The notes under the pieces are model-generated. The model was not told where the DNA came from. It was given only the letters and a program-made list of their open reading frames with translations, and searched no databases. The position numbers and the translations under genes are program-made. Source: Scyliorhinus canicula (taxonomy: Eukaryota). From it: a stretch of 64,000 nucleotides of DNA. Where the stretch lies: the NCBI RefSeq assembly GCF_902713615.1, contig NW_024055461.1:2287323-2351322 (forward strand), given 5' to 3'. Position 1 is the first letter of the stretch. Each line of letters opens with the position of its first letter. Below, in pieces: positions 41,714 through 54,698 of the stretch.

Positions 41714-41930
41714 GCAGGAAGACTGTTCACGGTGATAACATGAAACTGACGCCTGCTGTTTCATTCTCAGGTAACACAACTTCCTGTTTCTCTGCTGCCG
41801 GTTCCAAACCGCACATCTCACTTCTGAACAGAAAATAAATCCAGGGACCACAATCTGGTGAGAACATCTGTTAATGCGGCTTATATCTGCCCACAGAGTC
41901 AGGGCAGAGTCACACAGATCACATTGCGGT
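41714..41930. promoter_or_regulatory. Candidate lymphoid enhancer (RUNX/ETS/GATA/E-box cluster)
   Basis: RUNX AACCGCA 41807, GACCACA 41846, TGCGGT 41925; ETS CAGGAAG 41715, ACTTCCTG 41779; GATA TGATAA 41723; E-box CATCTG 41865. Confidence 0.4.
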
Positions 41931-42811
41931 GACATTTACAAATGAACCTGTTGTGATCTGTTTAAAGGTTCCATTCCAGGACATAACTGGATGGTCAGTG
42001 GATCAGTGACTGAGTTTCCCCGGTTCTCTGAAGCCAGGAAATGATATATTTTTGCATTTCACTATTTTATCATTCTCTCGCTCTGTGTGTAATTTGTTTT
42101 TACTGTTTCTCAGTTTTTATCTCAACACAGCGTCTCTCTTTCTCAATTTTTCGCTCAGTTTCTCTCTCTCTGTGTATCTTTCTCCATCTTTATGTGTGTC
42201 TATTTAATTAAACTTCTAAAACAAAACCATCAAGGTTTGAGTACAGTGATTAAAGAGAAACTATTACAACTGGCAGGAGGGTCTGGAACCAGAGGTCACA
42301 CATTTACTGTATTGAACAGGAGGATTGTTTTCACACAGCGAGTTGTTATAAACTGGAATACACATCTGGAAAGTATGATGGAATCAGATTTAACCGCAAC
42401 TTTGGAAAATGATGGATAAATATTTGAAGGTATTAAGATCTGAAGGATGAGAGGGCATGGGACCAGTTGGATGGTTCATCTCTAATCATTGCCCCAGCAC
42501 CTTTTCTGTATCTGCCTCTGTCCTTCATTGAGGCCGAATAAAATACAATCATTACACATCTGTCACATTACACATCATTACATCTGTCTTTCGGCAGAAC
42601 CTGGGTGTGTGTCGATAATTGCCACGAATCTTTCAGAGGTCCGTTGCTGTTTGCAACCCACTACTTTGGACAGAGTAACAGTGAATAGCCCTTGTTTCGA
42701 AAAAGAACAATTATCGTTAACATTTGTGGCACTAATTCTTCCTGTGATGAGTCTTTGGCTTTTAGTCTTTGTGTCCGAAACTGATGATTTAAACAGAAGT
42801 GTCCATAAGCT

Positions 42812-43015
42812 GGGACGGCACGGTGGTGCAGTGGTTAGCACTGCACCCTACGCTTTTGAGGACCCGAGTTCGATCCCGGTCCTGGGTCACTGTCCGTGTG
42901 GAGTTTGCACCTTCTCCCCGTGATGGCGCGTTTTTCACCCCCACAACCCAAAGCTGTGAAGGGTCGGTGGATTGGCCACGCTAAATTGCCACTTAATTGA
43001 AAATATAAATAAATG
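42812..43015 (+). mobile_element. V-SINE (HE1-like)
   Basis: ggcacggtggtgcagtggttagcactgc head plus V-domain. Confidence 0.75.
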
Positions 43016-43393
43016 GATACTCTAAATTTACCAAAGAAATATAGGTTTCATAAGCTGCCGGAACCGGCTCTTGCGTGACGGTGTAAATGGAGAACTGTTC
43101 GTAACAATAAGAAGAAACAGATGTTTTTGTTTCCGCCGACAGATGCACCAGTATAGGGTCTGCCATAATTGTCCTCCCATTGGGTATAAACGATGCTAGG
43201 TGGAGTCAATCACACGCACCTCACTCATTGAAGTTTACAATCCGCTTTTCCCACACACATCCCTGTCACTCAGCAAGGTAATGAAGCCTGGGCTAGGGCC
43301 CGGAGCATCATTGCTTTCTGATAGTTTCACTTCATCTTAAAATCAGCTGTTCATGGGATCCCCTGCCTCCCTTCACCGAAGATTATCACCTTT

Positions 43394-44143
43394 CTCTGTT
43401 ATTGATACACTGGAGCCGGTCTCTGTGATTATTATTATACCAGACCCCAGTCTGACCCCGGGCCCGGCAGTCTCTGTTATTGATACATTGGAGCCGGTCT
43501 CTGTGATTATTATTATACCAAACCCCAGTCTGACCCCGGGCCCGGCAGTCTCTGTTACTGATACACTGGAGCCGGTCTCTGTGATTATTATTATACCAGA
43601 CCCCAGTCTGACCCCGGGCCCGGCAGTCTCTGTTACTGATACACTGGGTCTCTGTGATTATTATTACACCCGAACAGGTCTGACCCCGGGCACGGCAGTC
43701 TCTGTTATTGATACACTGGAGCCTGTCTCTGTGATTATTATTATACCAGACCCCAGTCTCACCCCGGGCCCGGCAGTCTCTGTTATTGATACACTGGAGC
43801 CGGTCTCTGTGATTATTATTATACCTGACCCCAGTCTCACCCCGGGCCCGGCAGTCTCTGTTACTGATACACTGGAGCCGGTCTCTGTGATTATTATTAT
43901 TATACCAGACCCCAGTCTGACCTCGGGCCCGGCAGCCTCTGTTATTGATACACTGGAGCCGGTCTCTGTGATTATTATTATACCTGACCCCAGTCTCACC
44001 CCGGGCCCGGCAGTCTCTGTTATTGATACACTGGAGCCGGTCTCTGTGATTATTATTATACCAGATGCCAGTCTGACCCCGGGCCCGGCATCTCTGTTAT
44101 TGATACACTGGAGCCGGTCTCTGTGATTATTATTATATCTGAC
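43394..44143. repeat. 78-bp minisatellite, ~9.6 copies
   Basis: Unit starts at 43394, 43472, 43550, 43628, 43700, 43778, 43856, 43937, 44015, 44092. Confidence 0.95.
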
Positions 44144-44250
44144 CCGCCCAGCAGTTGGAAATCCCTTGACAAATCCAATGAGATTGAAGTTGTTTGTTTT
44201 TTTCGATGTTGGCAGGAACGTCAACTTTAATGATGTTCCAGGAGAGCGTC

Positions 44251-44425
44251 AGGGTGGTGCGGTGCTTAGCACTACTGCCTCACCGCGCTGAGGACCCGGG
44301 TTCGATCCTGTCCCCGGGTCATGTCTGTGTGGCGTTTGCACATTCTGCCCGAGTCTCGTTCCACAACCTAAAGACATGAAGGATGGTGGATTGGCCTGGC
44401 CAAATGCCCCTCAATTGGAAAGAGA
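44251..44425 (+). mobile_element. V-SINE (degenerate)
   Basis: gggtggtgcggtgcttagcactactgcctcacc...gggttcgatcc head. Confidence 0.65.
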
Positions 44426-44479
44426 AAATTTGTTATTTTTAAGTAATTAAAGAATGATGTCCCAGGAACCCGTCTTTCG

Positions 44480-44880
44480 CTGGATGGAGAGATTGTTCAG
44501 AGTTGTTCTGTCCTTCACCCTTTAGATTCTGAGGCGGGTAGACGGGGTACATCGAGGGAGGATGTTTCCACTCATGGGATAGTGGACCAGAGGGCAGGGA
44601 CACAGAATAAGCCGGATTTGAGGAAGGTTTTGTTCTCTGAAAGAGTGGTGAATCTTGTGAATTCGTTACCCCAGGAAGCTGTGGAGACCGAGTCCTTGAC
44701 CATTTGCAAGGCTGAGATCGAAAGGTTTTAACCAGTAAGGAATAAAGGTTCATGGAATTTATGCTGGAATGCGGATTTAGTGAGTGTTCGATTAGCCATG
44801 AATGGGAACCGATTAAATGGTGAAGCGGGCTCGAAGGGCTGAATGGCCGACTTTTGTGCCTATTTCTTCTGGTCTTCTTG
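44480..44880 (+). mobile_element. Degenerate CR1 3' fragment
   Basis: agagtggtgaatcttgtgaattcgttacc...gggctcgaagggctgaatggcc 3' UTR motifs. Confidence 0.65.
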
Positions 44881-47360
44881 TCCCCTCAATGCAGTTGAGT
44901 CGACGAAAATAATGGATACAAATAAACAGAAGGATTTTGATCCAAACTATCACCGTGAGAATTGAGAGTTTTGGGTGAGAGTATCACTAACGAATTAATG
45001 GCAACAAAAGCTGTTTGCATTTCCCATTACATTAGTACAAAGGTAACACACCACACATACGAGAAATCTAAAATGAACACATAAAGTGCTGGAAAGTCTC
45101 AACAGGTCAGAAAGCGGATGGAAATCCGTTTGTTTTTCATACACTCATTTTATTTCCGCTCTCACAATAAGGTGTAGAGAGGGTGAAGGATTTTGGAGAC
45201 TGATTAATAACCCGTTTCAGTTGCACGAACACTCCTTCCATGGCCACCAAACCCTGGAGTGGAATTTGAACCCACGCCAAACAGCTCCGCAACAGAAGTT
45301 CGGCAAAATGTGCTGCTCTGGTGGGTCGTATTTTCGGAGAGAAATGCAGTGAGTTTCAGGTGGATGAACCTGGTGCTGATATTCTGTCAGTGACATGGAA
45401 CATGAACTCTGTTTCTCTCCTCACATTCTGACTGACATGCAGAGAAATTCCAGCAATTCCGGGTGTTTTTTCCCCCATTACACTAACTTCATCCAGTCCA
45501 TATTGAAATGGTGCTTGATTCTGTAATTAAGCATTTGGGGAAAAATCTGATATATCAATAGGCGCTGAAACATTGGCGACAATGCGATGGGCGCTGTCTG
45601 TCTCTCTCTCACACATACACATGGTTATTTTATACATAACTTTGATTGGCTGTACTTCACCATCAGACCGGGGCCAGTGATGTGTTCAATAATGCACTGC
45701 AGGTTGTAACTTTTAAAATTGCATCAATCTCTGTATTGTTTGCATTTAAAGCAAGTATGCAATAAGGGTGGACACAAAGACACTATCTGTGTGATGGTTA
45801 AACTAATAGTCTATCTGCCATTCAGGTTTTAATGCTTTGATTCTCTATCATTAGTCCCATTATTATTAACGTCCCCGAAGACGTGTTTGTTAGGTGAATT
45901 GGACATTCTGAATTCTCCCTCAGTGTGCCTGAACAGGCGCCATTGTGTTACGACTAGGGGATTTTCACAGTAATTTAACTGCACTGTTAATTTAAGCCTA
46001 CCTTTGACAATAATACAGGTTATTATTATTCTTATTATCATTTCCGAGATCATTGTCCCTGTCGGCTCTAACAGGCTGTTTCCTGTATTACTATTTTGAC
46101 CTATTGCAATTATTATTGTACAAAGTATTTTTACGATTATGACCACCCAAATACACGCTTATTCCAATGCTAGATCAGGTGCCATCTTTCTTATGCCTAC
46201 GTAATCCATATATCAATAATGTTTATTACTCTCACGACAAGTTCATGTGATCACTACTTTAGCATATATATCTGTCTATATTGGACCAGCCCCTGTCTCT
46301 GCACTGTATTATCAATTCATTGATGGGATGGGAGCGTGTCTGGTTAGGTCAACATTGCTTTTCTATCCCTAATTGCCCTTCAGAAGGTGGTGGTGATTTG
46401 CCTTCTTAAATCACTGTAGTTTCTAACGTATAGGTACAGCCACAGAACTGTTAGGGAGGGAATTCCAGCCTATTGACCCAGCGAAAGTGACGTAACGGCG
46501 ATATATTTCCAAGTCAGGATGGTGAGTGGCTTGAAGGTGATCCCAGGTATCTGCTGCCTTTGTCCTTCCAGGTGGTAGTGGTCATGGGTTTGGAAGGTGC
46601 TGCCGAAGGAACCTTGTTGAGTTGCTCTAGTGCATCTTTTAGGTGGGACAGAAAGCTGCCATTATTCGTCGGTTGGAGGGAAATAACGTTTTTGGAAGGG
46701 TTAGCAATCAAGCGGCCTCTTTTCTCCCGGATGGTGTCTTGCTTCTCGAATGTTGTTGGAGCTGCACTCATCCACACAAGTGGAGAGTATTCCATTACAC
46801 TCCTGACTTGCGCCCTGATGATGTTGGACGGGCTTTGTGGACAGGAAGTGAGTGACTCGCGGCAGGATTCCTCGTCTTTAACCTGTTCAGATCGCAACAG
46901 TATTTATATGGCGAGTCAAGTTCAGTTTCCAGGCAACAGCAGCCCCCTGAATGTTCATAATGGGGATTCGGTGATGGTAATGCCATTGAATGTCAAGGGA
47001 AGATGGTTAGATCTTCTCGTGTTAGAGCGGGACATTGCCCGCACTTGCCACTTGCCAAGCCTGAATATAGTCCAGATCATGTTGCATTCTGACATGGATT
47101 GCATCTAATGAATCGCAAAAGGTGTTGAACATTGTGCAGTCATCTGCAAACACGCTCACTTTTGTCCTTGTGATGGACGATAGGCCATTCACGAAGCAGC
47201 TGGATATGGTTGAGCCCAGACCACTACACTGAGGAACGTGGCAGCTTCAGGCAAAGCAATAATTGAGACAGTGGCTCAGGTAATACAAACAGTAACATGT
47301 TCTGGTTTAGTATCCGTGGAGATTGAATCTAGTGAAGTAACAATTGAGACATAGACTATG

Positions 47361-47890
47361 ACACTGGTTAGCACTATTCCTTCACAGCGTCAGGGCCCAG
47401 GTTCGATTCCCGGCTGGGGTCAATGACTGCGTGGAGTCTGCGTGTTCTCCCCACATATGCGTGGGTTTCCCCCGGGTGGAGCACCGGAGCGGTTTCCTCG
47501 CACAGGTCCTGAAAGACGTGCTGTGACATGAATTGGGCATTCTGAATTCTCCCTCTGTGTAAGAACATAAGAACTAGGAGCAGGAGTAGGCCATCTGGCC
47601 CCTCGAGCCTGCTCCGCCATTCAATTAGATCATGGCTGATCTTTTGTGGACTCAGCTCCACTTTCCGGCCCGAACACCATAACCCTTAATCCCTTTATTC
47701 TTCAAAAAACTATCTATCTTTACCTTAAAAACATGTAATGAAGGAGCCTCAACTGCTTCACTGGGCAAGGAATTCCATAGATTCACAACCCTTTGGGTGT
47801 ACTCGAACTGCTGCCGGAGTGTTGCGACTAGGGGCTTTTCACAGTAACTTCATTGCAGTGTTAATGTAAGCCTACTTATGACAATAAAGA
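47361..47890 (+). mobile_element. V-SINE interrupted by a minus-strand CR1 3' end (47560-47790)
   Basis: SINE head and V-domain, then aagaacataagaactaggagcagg (CR1 tail, minus), then the SINE 3' part. Confidence 0.65.
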
Positions 47891-50359
47891 TTGTAATTTT
47901 AATAATAATTGAGATATGATCCAATGCTATACTAACTTCTTAAGTACTTAGTGTAATATAAAGTGGCCCTTGCTTCAGCATATTAACAGCTGGGATTGAG
48001 ACGAGTACAGTAACAACTGAGACCTGCTGTCATAAAATCAGAAAGCTGACCTAACTTAATAGAATCAGAGACGGTGTCTGGTTAGATATGAATAGGGAGA
48101 GGGTCCTTGGCAGTAACAATGGAGACAATCTCTGCTTCATGTAATGTCAGCAATCGCGGTGTCACTGCCATCAACTGGCCAAACGTTGCTATTGCAGTTA
48201 TTGATTTATAAAATATATTTCATGAGATGTGGCCTCATTCGCATTTGTTGACCATCACTAACCTCACGAACTGCTAAGTTACAGGGCCTCTATTTGCATT
48301 TTTAAAGCACACTATCAGCTGCAGCAGGATTTGAACACGACCTCAGTGAATGAAGCTGGGCATCTCAATTACTGACCCAGTGATATTACAGTTAACACAC
48401 TGCAGTCTCTTTAAACATAGTCGGGGGTGTTTTCAGTGCAGAAGAAGGCTGTTTGGACAGATATGTATGTGTTGGCCCTCTATAGGTGCGATTTGCTGAA
48501 TACCATTCTTTTCCCGCAGTCTAGCATTGTTTTTCCCTTTGAGATAATAATCCAAAACCGCTTTAAAAGCATCAAGTGACCCTGCCACCGCTACACAAAT
48601 GTCCAGTCCACCCTAATCACTCACTGGGTGAAAAGGTTTCTCCTTTTGTCTCCGTGCTTATTTTCCCAATTCCTTCAATCAGGTACTCGGCCCTCCCGCC
48701 AGTGGGATAGGTTCCTCCATATCTACTCTGTATAGAACCCTCATGGTTTTGAATATCTCCGTCAGATCACGTCGTAACCTGCTCAAGAGAAATAGTCGCA
48801 ACTTGTCCAATCTATCTTCGGAGATGAAGTTGCTCATCTCTGGAACTATTCCCGTGAGCATTTTCTGCACCCACCTTAATGACTCACATTGCCCCGTACT
48901 GTGATACCCACAATGCTTCAGTTCTGTCGGTTCAGGATTTAGTACAAGTTTAACATAACGTACATTCCTCTGTATTTTATGTACCCATTGATAATTCCCT
49001 TTATTAATTGTTTTAATGACCGCGCTCTCAACTGTCCTATCCCCATCAGTAATTTATCTACATATAAACAGGCCCCTCGGGTAAAAGCAAATTACTGCGA
49101 ATGCTGGAATCTGAAACCAAAAGAGAAAATGCTGGAAAATCGCAGCAGGTCTGGCAGCATCTGTAAGGAGAGAAAATAGCTGACATTTTGAGTCCAGATG
49201 ACCCTTTGTAAAAAGCTCCCTCTGATCCTGCATTGCCTTTTGAATTATTCCCTTTATTTTCTTTTGTCTTTCTGCGGTCTGCAAGACATATGAATTACTT
49301 CAATCTTTACAGCACTAACTTTAATCTGCCAATTTCCCACCCATTCCTGTGTTTGCTGTTTGGAAGTTGTACATTATCCTACCGATGGTTCGCAACACCG
49401 TCACATTGTGTACCATTCGCAGATGTTGAAAATCTCCCCTATCAAACAAGGTCCAGGTCATTAATGTGTCATATATAAGGCCGCAATACAGATCCCTGGA
49501 AACTTCACCACAACGTCCCTTCACTCCGAGAAACAGCTGATCCCTACAGCTAGTTGTTTGCTGGAAATTTCGTGTCCACGTTGCTACTGTCCATTTTACC
49601 TCAGGAGCTCCATTATTGCTCACAAGGTGGCGCTGCAGCACGTTATCAAATGGCATTTGGAAGTTTATCAACAGCAATACTCAGATCAACCATCTTTGCT
49701 ATTCATCAGAAAATTCAAGCAACTTAATTAAACATGATTTTCCCTTAAAAAATCGTCGCACAGCTTAATTTATCAACAAAGCACTGATGTACCAGCTCAT
49801 AGTCTTCGCTGATGGTCCCAAAATGTAAACTGCAGATTAATGTGAGTTAAGGTCAGCGAAATTGCAAAGTGCCTCAATTGCTGTTAATTTATTTTTTTGA
49901 TTATCTTATTTGAAAGGAGGAATGTGGAGCCATGGGAACCGCACGTTGCAATGTGATGATTTGTGCAAGTGAGTGGACCTAACAACCTAAACCTGACGTG
50001 AGATTAATCAAATTTACAATGCTGATTAATTATTCCGCTTGCTGAAAAGGAAATGAACATTTACTGCTCTGCAACGTGTTTCACATTCATTTCCGATCCA
50101 CAATATCCAATCTTAACGCTTGAGCTTCATTTCCTCCCAACGCCTTCCAACCTCATAGAATCATCGGATCTTTATAATGCAGAAGGCCATTCAGTCCATC
50201 GAATCATCACCGACCCTCTGATAGAGAAGTAAAAAAAATCCGTGGGTGACATCTGGTGCAGGAATAATAGAGAAATTGTTGAACATAAAATAAAACCTGT
50301 GGTGTTCCTGCGTAATATAACAAAACCAGAATCTTAGAAATATATAAAGTATAAGCCGG

Positions 50360-50960
50360 AATCGGATATTCGGTCCTTCGAGCCTGCTTCGCCATTCAAT
50401 AGTGTATCGGGTGGTCCTCTATCTCGATCCCAGACTCCAGCTCTGTCCCATACCCCTTGTCGGCTTTAGAGACGAGGACTTTATTCATTGCCTTCAGAAA
50501 TATATTCGGTAATTTGTCCTCTGCAGCCACCTGTCGTAGATAATTCTGCGTGTTCAAAACCTTTGAGTGAAACCTTTCTCCTCATCTCTGTCCTAAATGG
50601 CTCACCCTGAGACCGTGACCTCTTGTTGGCCACTCCCAGAGGAAACATCTTCCCTGCATCCAGTCTGTCCAACCCTATCAGAATGTTATACTTCAACGAG
50701 ATCGCCTCTCATTCTGCTAAACTCCAGGGAAATCAGGCCTGGTTCATCCAATCTGTCCTCACACGATAATCGTGCCATCCCAGGCATCATTCTGATGAAC
50801 AGTCACTGCACTGCCTCCATGGAAAGCATTTCCATTCTGAGGTAAGGAGTCTGAATCTGCTCCCAATATTCCAGGTGACGCCCATCAATACCCTGCATAT
50901 CTGTTATAAGACAGCCTTGCTCCTGTTCGCAAGTCCTCTTGCAATTAAGGGCAACATACC
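50360..50960 (-). mobile_element. Degenerate CR1 3' fragment
   Basis: YNILIGLDRLDAGKMFPL motif (ORF 50481..50696). Confidence 0.7.
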
Positions 50961-51203
50961 ACTTGCCCGCCAAACTGTTTGATGGACCTGCATTCTTGTT
51001 TTCAGTGATACATTCCGCCAAAGATCAAGTTAATTTAAAACATTCTGCAACTTTTGTCTGCAGAATTGTTCATAACAGTGAGCTAAGTTTCTGAACGAAG
51101 AAGCTGTGAGACGACGTTCATTGTTACGACTGAATTGCACCAGTTGTTACATTGAGAACGCGTCAGTCAGTATTGGTTCCTGCAACGTGACAGGCGGTGG
51201 GAT

Positions 51204-51217
51204 GCGCCACCTGGTGG
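51204..51217 (-). promoter_or_regulatory. CTCF motif
   Basis: GCGCCACCTGGTGG = reverse complement of CCACCAGGTGGCGC, a 14/14 match to CCASYAGRKGGCRS. Confidence 0.65.
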
Positions 51218-51384
51218 TAGGTTTGAACGAATCTCTCTTCAAATTACGTCACAGACAGGGTAATGGTCCCAGTTGTCCCGGGTCCTTTGTGTGTTGACCT
51301 CAGCAGACAGCGCTGTCAGTCAGCTGCAGCCCATTCAATGTGAAAATTGTGATATTCTTTGGCGTATTCAGCAGAAAAGGAAAC

Positions 51385-51728
51385 GGCAGCACGGTAGCAT
51401 GGTGGTTAGCATAAATGCTTCACGGCTCCAGGGTCCCAGGTTCGATTCCCGGCTGGGTCACTGTCTGTGTGGAGTCTGCACGTTCTCCCCGTGTCTGCGT
51501 GGGTTTCCTCCGGGTGCTCCGGTTTCCTCCCACAGTCCAAAGATGTGCCGGTTAGGTGGGTTGGCCATGCTAAATTGCCCGTAGTGTCCTAATAGTAAGG
51601 TTAAGGGGGGGGGGGGGGAGTTGTTGGGTTACGGGTATAGGGTGGATATGTGGGTTTGAGTAGGGTGATCATTGCTCGGCACAACATCGAGGGCCGAAGG
51701 GCCTGTTCTGTGCTGTACTGTTCTATCT
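51385..51728 (+). mobile_element. Full-length V-SINE (HE1-like)
   Basis: tRNA-like A/B boxes, V-domain, CR1-derived tail gagggccgaagggcctgttctgtgctgtactgttctat. Confidence 0.9.
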
Positions 51729-52864
51729 AAGAATGTTAACCTCTTTCGTTCCATAGAAATGTATATGAAGTACGAACGTGGAAGCATTGTTCTGGGTCTG
51801 ACAATAAAAGTAGAACAGAAAAGTTCACATTTGGAGGTTGAACAGATACAATATAAACTCAGCAAATTGAGCTTATGTTACTCACTGCCCGACCCGATCT
51901 CCAGGAACCACTCCTATTTGTGGTTAACCCACACAGCAGAATGAAGAATTAATAGAAAGTTGATGGTTGCGTCGATATATTAGATTGATATATCAATCGA
52001 TTGCTCGATAGATAGATACGTAGATAGACAGACAGATGGAATTAATATTAAAGCTGATAGCATTTTATCATTTTCAAGAACCCGTCGGACGGGTGGACTA
52101 ATGGAGAGACAGGGTGAACCAACTTAATACAACCTATAACGTAATACAAAGGATAGTCGCTTTTATAAATCGATCCTCACGGTTAATGGGAAACAAGTTC
52201 CGGGTTGTACAGTTTGATCGCTATGAATATCCAACATGATATTATCGCACTGACACAAACTCGGGGATTTCCATCCCAGAAAGCTCGCTCGGACAAGTCC
52301 AAGGTTTTTGAAAGTGTCTCTGACGGAATTTCTCCTTTGTGTTTCTATGGCTGTGTTAATCTGGCTGCTTATTTACTTTAATGGTTGTCTGTGTGTCTGT
52401 TTGAGAGATCAATTTGTGGGTCGATCACTGTGTTTACCTGTCTCCGTGTCTATGTTTGTGCTGATTCTGTGCTGTAAACGAGGCTGCTGGGAGGTGGACA
52501 TATTCACTTACTTTCATCATTAGCAACTCAGACTAATGTGCACTCAAAAATCATGTCAACGAATGTTGGAATTTATTGCAGTGTCTGTGCATGTCTGGAT
52601 GATGTTTTCTTACATGTCGTTGCACGTGGCCGTGTGTGTTTCCAATAGGCGGTTGCGCTGTCCCCAGGAGGGCGCTCTCTGGTCACATATCAAACATCAC
52701 CGACCGGTTCCAGAGGAAGCGACCGCTTTAAGACGTGAAGGTGGGCGGAGCGAAGAAATCGGATTCGAACTCATAACATCTCGCTAATTGTTTCATCTCC
52801 GCCAATTACAGGGCTGGTCCAGTGAGTGATACCTGTCTCTGTATCTGGAGTTCAGATTCGAACC

Positions 52865-53336
52865 ATGGGGCTGATACTCTGCCTGTCTCTGGTTATTGTC
52901 CTGATGACAGGTTGGTTATATTGAACCTCTGTACTGAATCCTCCAATTCCCAAATGTGTTCTTATTTCCATCTTCGGGTGCTCATCCGCTTCACGTTTCT
53001 CCTTCTAACCAGCTTTTTCTTTTCAGGGATGAGTAAGGGAGACTCGGTGTCTCAGGAAGAACAACGAGTCGACGCAGAAGAGGGTGACGATTCAGCCATA
53101 CCCTGCAGTTATTCGGTATCGAGTTCAGCTACAAGCTATTACCACTTCTGGTATCGCCAGTATCCACACCGAGCTCCGCGATATCTACTCAGAGCCGATA
53201 GTTATGGGTTCAACGAGACGGCTCCCGGCTTTGAACGCTTCAGCGGGAAACTCAACCCGACACAAAGCACTTTTCACTTGTCCCTGACAGATTTGAAGAT
53301 GACAGACAGCGCCGTGTATTACTGCGCGCTGAGACC
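52865..53336 (+). CDS. TRAV/DV: TCR alpha/delta V gene 1 (leader 52865-52910, V exon 53027-53336), apparently functional
   Basis: Leader MGLILCLSLVIVLMTG; GDSVSQ...C..WYRQYP...DSAVYYCALR; 23-RSS CACAGTG-23-ACACAAACT at 53337-53375. Confidence 0.93.
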
Positions 53337-54074
53337 CACAGTGGATAAGGGCCCGGCGGGGCTCATACACAAACTGGCGCAATTTCCGTATCAAGTAAGC
53401 ACAAGGAGTTGCATTGGTACAGATAATAAACGGGACAATCCAGCTCCATCTGAATGGGTTTCCCTCAATGAGGTCAATGGTTCTCACTGTTGGGCCATTG
53501 GACAGTTGACGGTCATTATATCCCAGAATCAAATTCCATAATTTCCCGATCCCATTTATATAAACCTGCAGATCCCGGAGGATCATTTCATCAATCTGTA
53601 TTTGTGAAACTTCTTGATCAGGTGGTAATCTACCATGCAGCACTTTTTAAAAGTGATCAAATTCAGAGTTGTCACTGTTTATATTTCCTGGGGTACAAGT
53701 GATGACTGACTGAAATCAGTACTTTACCGGTACAAGAGACCCCAGTGGAAGCGCATCTTGGTGTAGAGTTGGATGACTATTTATCCCGTGTACCCTTAAA
53801 CCAGTAATTATTAATTATGTTCGTGCACTGAATGGCCTCGTTAATATCTGTGTGTGAGACTGATATTAAAATATTTATTTTATCTTTCACATTTTTGGGG
53901 AGGAATATCTACCTCAGGAAAGATGTGAAAGTTGAGGTCGAAGGAAAACGATTTCAACCGAGAAAGTGACAGAATGACGCCAATGTGAGGAAGGGAGCGA
54001 GAAAGACAAACACACAGCCAGGGTTGGAATGTGATTGGAGAGAACCCGCATTAATAAACGCTCACCTGACAGTG

Positions 54075-54115
54075 ATTGGCCCTCAGCTGACGTCAGAGCT
54101 GAGAGACCAGCCAAT
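54075..54115 (+). promoter_or_regulatory. TCR V promoter: CRE flanked by inverted CCAAT boxes
   Basis: ATTGG 54075, TGACGTCA 54088-54095, CCAAT 54111, about 150-190 bp upstream of ATG 54261. Confidence 0.7.
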
Positions 54116-54260
54116 CGTAGTACTGACAAACGCCCCTCAGTTTCCCAAGAATTGATCTGCGTTTACTCTTTGCCACTGGTCTGGGTTTGCACTTTGATAT
54201 GAGACTAGAAGCTGCAACATATTTGAAACAGTGTCGCTTTTTACTGTTCAATCAGGAACC

Positions 54261-54698
54261 ATGTGCTCCCTGTGTGATTTACTGATAATAATGGTCTTGC
54301 TGCCCGGTGAGTCTGAGTTCAAATCCTCCTCCTGTGTTTCATGGGTTATATTTACTCACAGATTTATGACACATTCTATATGTTGTTACAGGAACCAGTG
54401 GCCAAGATTCGGTTTCCCAGGAGCCGCCTGAATTACCGGTTCAGGAAGGACAAACAGCAATATTGAACTGCAGTTACAAAGCAAAATATACTGACCAGAA
54501 TCTCTTCTGGTACATCCAGTATCCAGGGGAAGCTCCGAGATATCTACTGAAGAAATATAGCGCGGGGAAGGGAGAAAGGTCTTCAGATTTCCCTGACCGG
54601 TTTTCTGCTGATTTAGACAAGGATAAGAAAACGATTCCTTTAAATATCACCGGGGTCCGTGTCTCTGACTCTGCCGTGTATCTCTGTGCTCTGAGCCC
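54261..54698 (+). CDS. TRAV/DV: TCR alpha/delta V gene 2 (leader 54261-54306, V exon 54392-54698), apparently functional
   Basis: QDSVSQEPP...LNCSY...WYIQYPG...DSAVYLCALS; 23-RSS CACACTG-23-ACAAAAACC at 54699-54737. Confidence 0.93.

Noticed and set aside
43353-44224. CRISPR-like array or repetitive protein gene
   Set aside because: Head-to-tail units with no unique spacers, no cas genes and a eukaryotic context; the open frames follow from the 78-bp period.
49620-49633. CTCF-like TCACAAGGTGGCGC
   Set aside because: Only 12/14 and inside a decayed CR1 RT fragment.
7000-51000. Additional D, J, C or V segments in the central region
   Set aside because: A by-eye scan found no heptamer-12/23-nonamer pair or Ig-fold motif; highly decayed remnants cannot be excluded without tblastn or an RSS scan.
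52822-53541. 239-aa single-exon ORF as the real protein
   Set aside because: It reads through the leader intron and the RSS; the true unit is the spliced leader plus V exon ending at 53336.
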